NCBI GenBank assembly: GCA_016839785.1
Contig: JAEOTQ010000142.1
Span: 1 to 17,198 of the forward strand
Reading direction: 5' to 3'
Source of the DNA: Candidatus Hodarchaeota archaeon
GTDB taxonomy: Archaea > Asgardarchaeota > Heimdallarchaeia > Hodarchaeales > Hodarchaeaceae
Length of the DNA: 17,198 bases
This document shows positions 16,600 through 17,198 of the stretch, piece by piece. The notes under the pieces were generated by a model. It was not told the origin of the DNA, ran no database searches, and saw only the letters and a program-made list of their open reading frames with translations. Position 1 is the first letter of the stretch. Each line of letters begins with the position of its first letter. A program made the translations under genes and the position numbers.

Positions 16600-17198
16600 G
16601 TGAAAAAGATAGAACAATCAGATTTGTATGGTAAGCACTTAATTTGTACCCAAGATTGGACAAAACACGAACTTGATCTCGTCCTAGATCTTGCAGGAAG
16701 AATGAAACGGGAACGTTTCTCGTATTCAAGTGTGCTAGAAAACAAGACTTTTTTCATGTTTTTCTATAATCCGAGTGTAAGAACTCGTCAGAGTTTTGAA
16801 GTAGCGGCTACAGAGCTCGGTGGTCATGCTCAATTTTTAGAGCCAAAAGCTATGAGGTTGAAAACAGAAAAAACGGCTGGAGAAACAGTTGAAGATGCTG
16901 CTCAGGTAATGTCCAGATATGCCCATGGATTAGGAATCCGTATTTTGGAAGATAAGGTTGGAGCATATGGAGAAGGTGAAAAGTTACTTCGAGAGTACGC
17001 AAAATGGTCGGCTATTCCTATTATCTCGATGGCCCATGATAAATATCACCCATGCCAAGGATTAGCTGACGTCATGGGTTGGTCTGAATGGCTCCATCGT
17101 GGACCTCAATATCCTCCAGATTGGAAGACCCTAAAGGGAAAGAAGCTGTTGGTTACATGGGGTCATGGTGCACTCGCTCGTTCATGGTGTTCTGTACA
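16600..17198 (+). CDS. Second carbamoyltransferase (OTCase/ATCase superfamily), cut off at its 3' end by the window; not in the ORF track
   Basis: Manual translation in the arcC frame: ..EQSDLYGKHLICTQDWTKHELD..FFMFFYNPSVRTRQSFEVAATELGGHAQFLEP..GETVEDAAQVMSRY..PIISMAHDKYHPCQGLAD..LKGKKLLVTWGHGALARSWCSV, open to the window end. There is no ATG near the N-terminus; start candidates are GTG 16600, ATA 16609 and TTG 16624. Confidence 0.92.
   Translation, partial: MKKIEQSDLYGKHLICTQDWTKHELDLVLDLAGRMKRERFSYSSVLENKTFFMFFYNPSVRTRQSFEVAATELGGHAQFLEPKAMRLKTEKTAGETVEDAAQVMSRYAHGLGIRILEDKVGAYGEGEKLLREYAKWSAIPIISMAHDKYHPCQGLADVMGWSEWLHRGPQYPPDWKTLKGKKLLVTWGHGALARSWCSV

Noticed and set aside
1-17198. CRISPR array, transposase/integrase or defence system
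   Set aside because: No regularly spaced direct repeats and no recombinase or transposase motifs. The PLD protein is exported and membrane-anchored, unlike cytoplasmic defence-associated PLD nucleases.

Overview
AT-rich archaeal chromosomal DNA, most likely from an Asgard archaeon (Heimdallarchaeia/Hodarchaeales-like; inferred from the group II chaperonins, histone type, 7TM orphans and C-terminally anchored surface proteins). Left part: a tandem two-gene thermosome operon, two convergent 7TM orphan membrane proteins, a surface-anchored CBM-like/metallophosphoesterase protein, a tailless HMf-type histone, a small orphan protein and a surface-anchored two-HKD PLD/nuclease. Right part: a loose nitrogen-catabolic cluster with an SsnA-like amidohydrolase, a 1-Cys peroxiredoxin, a YgeW-like knotted carbamoyltransferase, an MFS transporter, carbamate kinase, and a second, divergent carbamoyltransferase that runs off the window and is absent from the ORF track. 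Main leads: (1) a possible archaeal variant of anaerobic purine/ureide catabolism with two carbamoyltransferases coupled to ATP production; (2) two independent downstream cistrons whose Shine-Dalgarno geometry points to ATA start codons; (3) recurrent inverted repeats at promoters and gene ends. I saw no rRNA, tRNA, CRISPR array or transposase. All calls come from reading motifs by eye; no searches were run.
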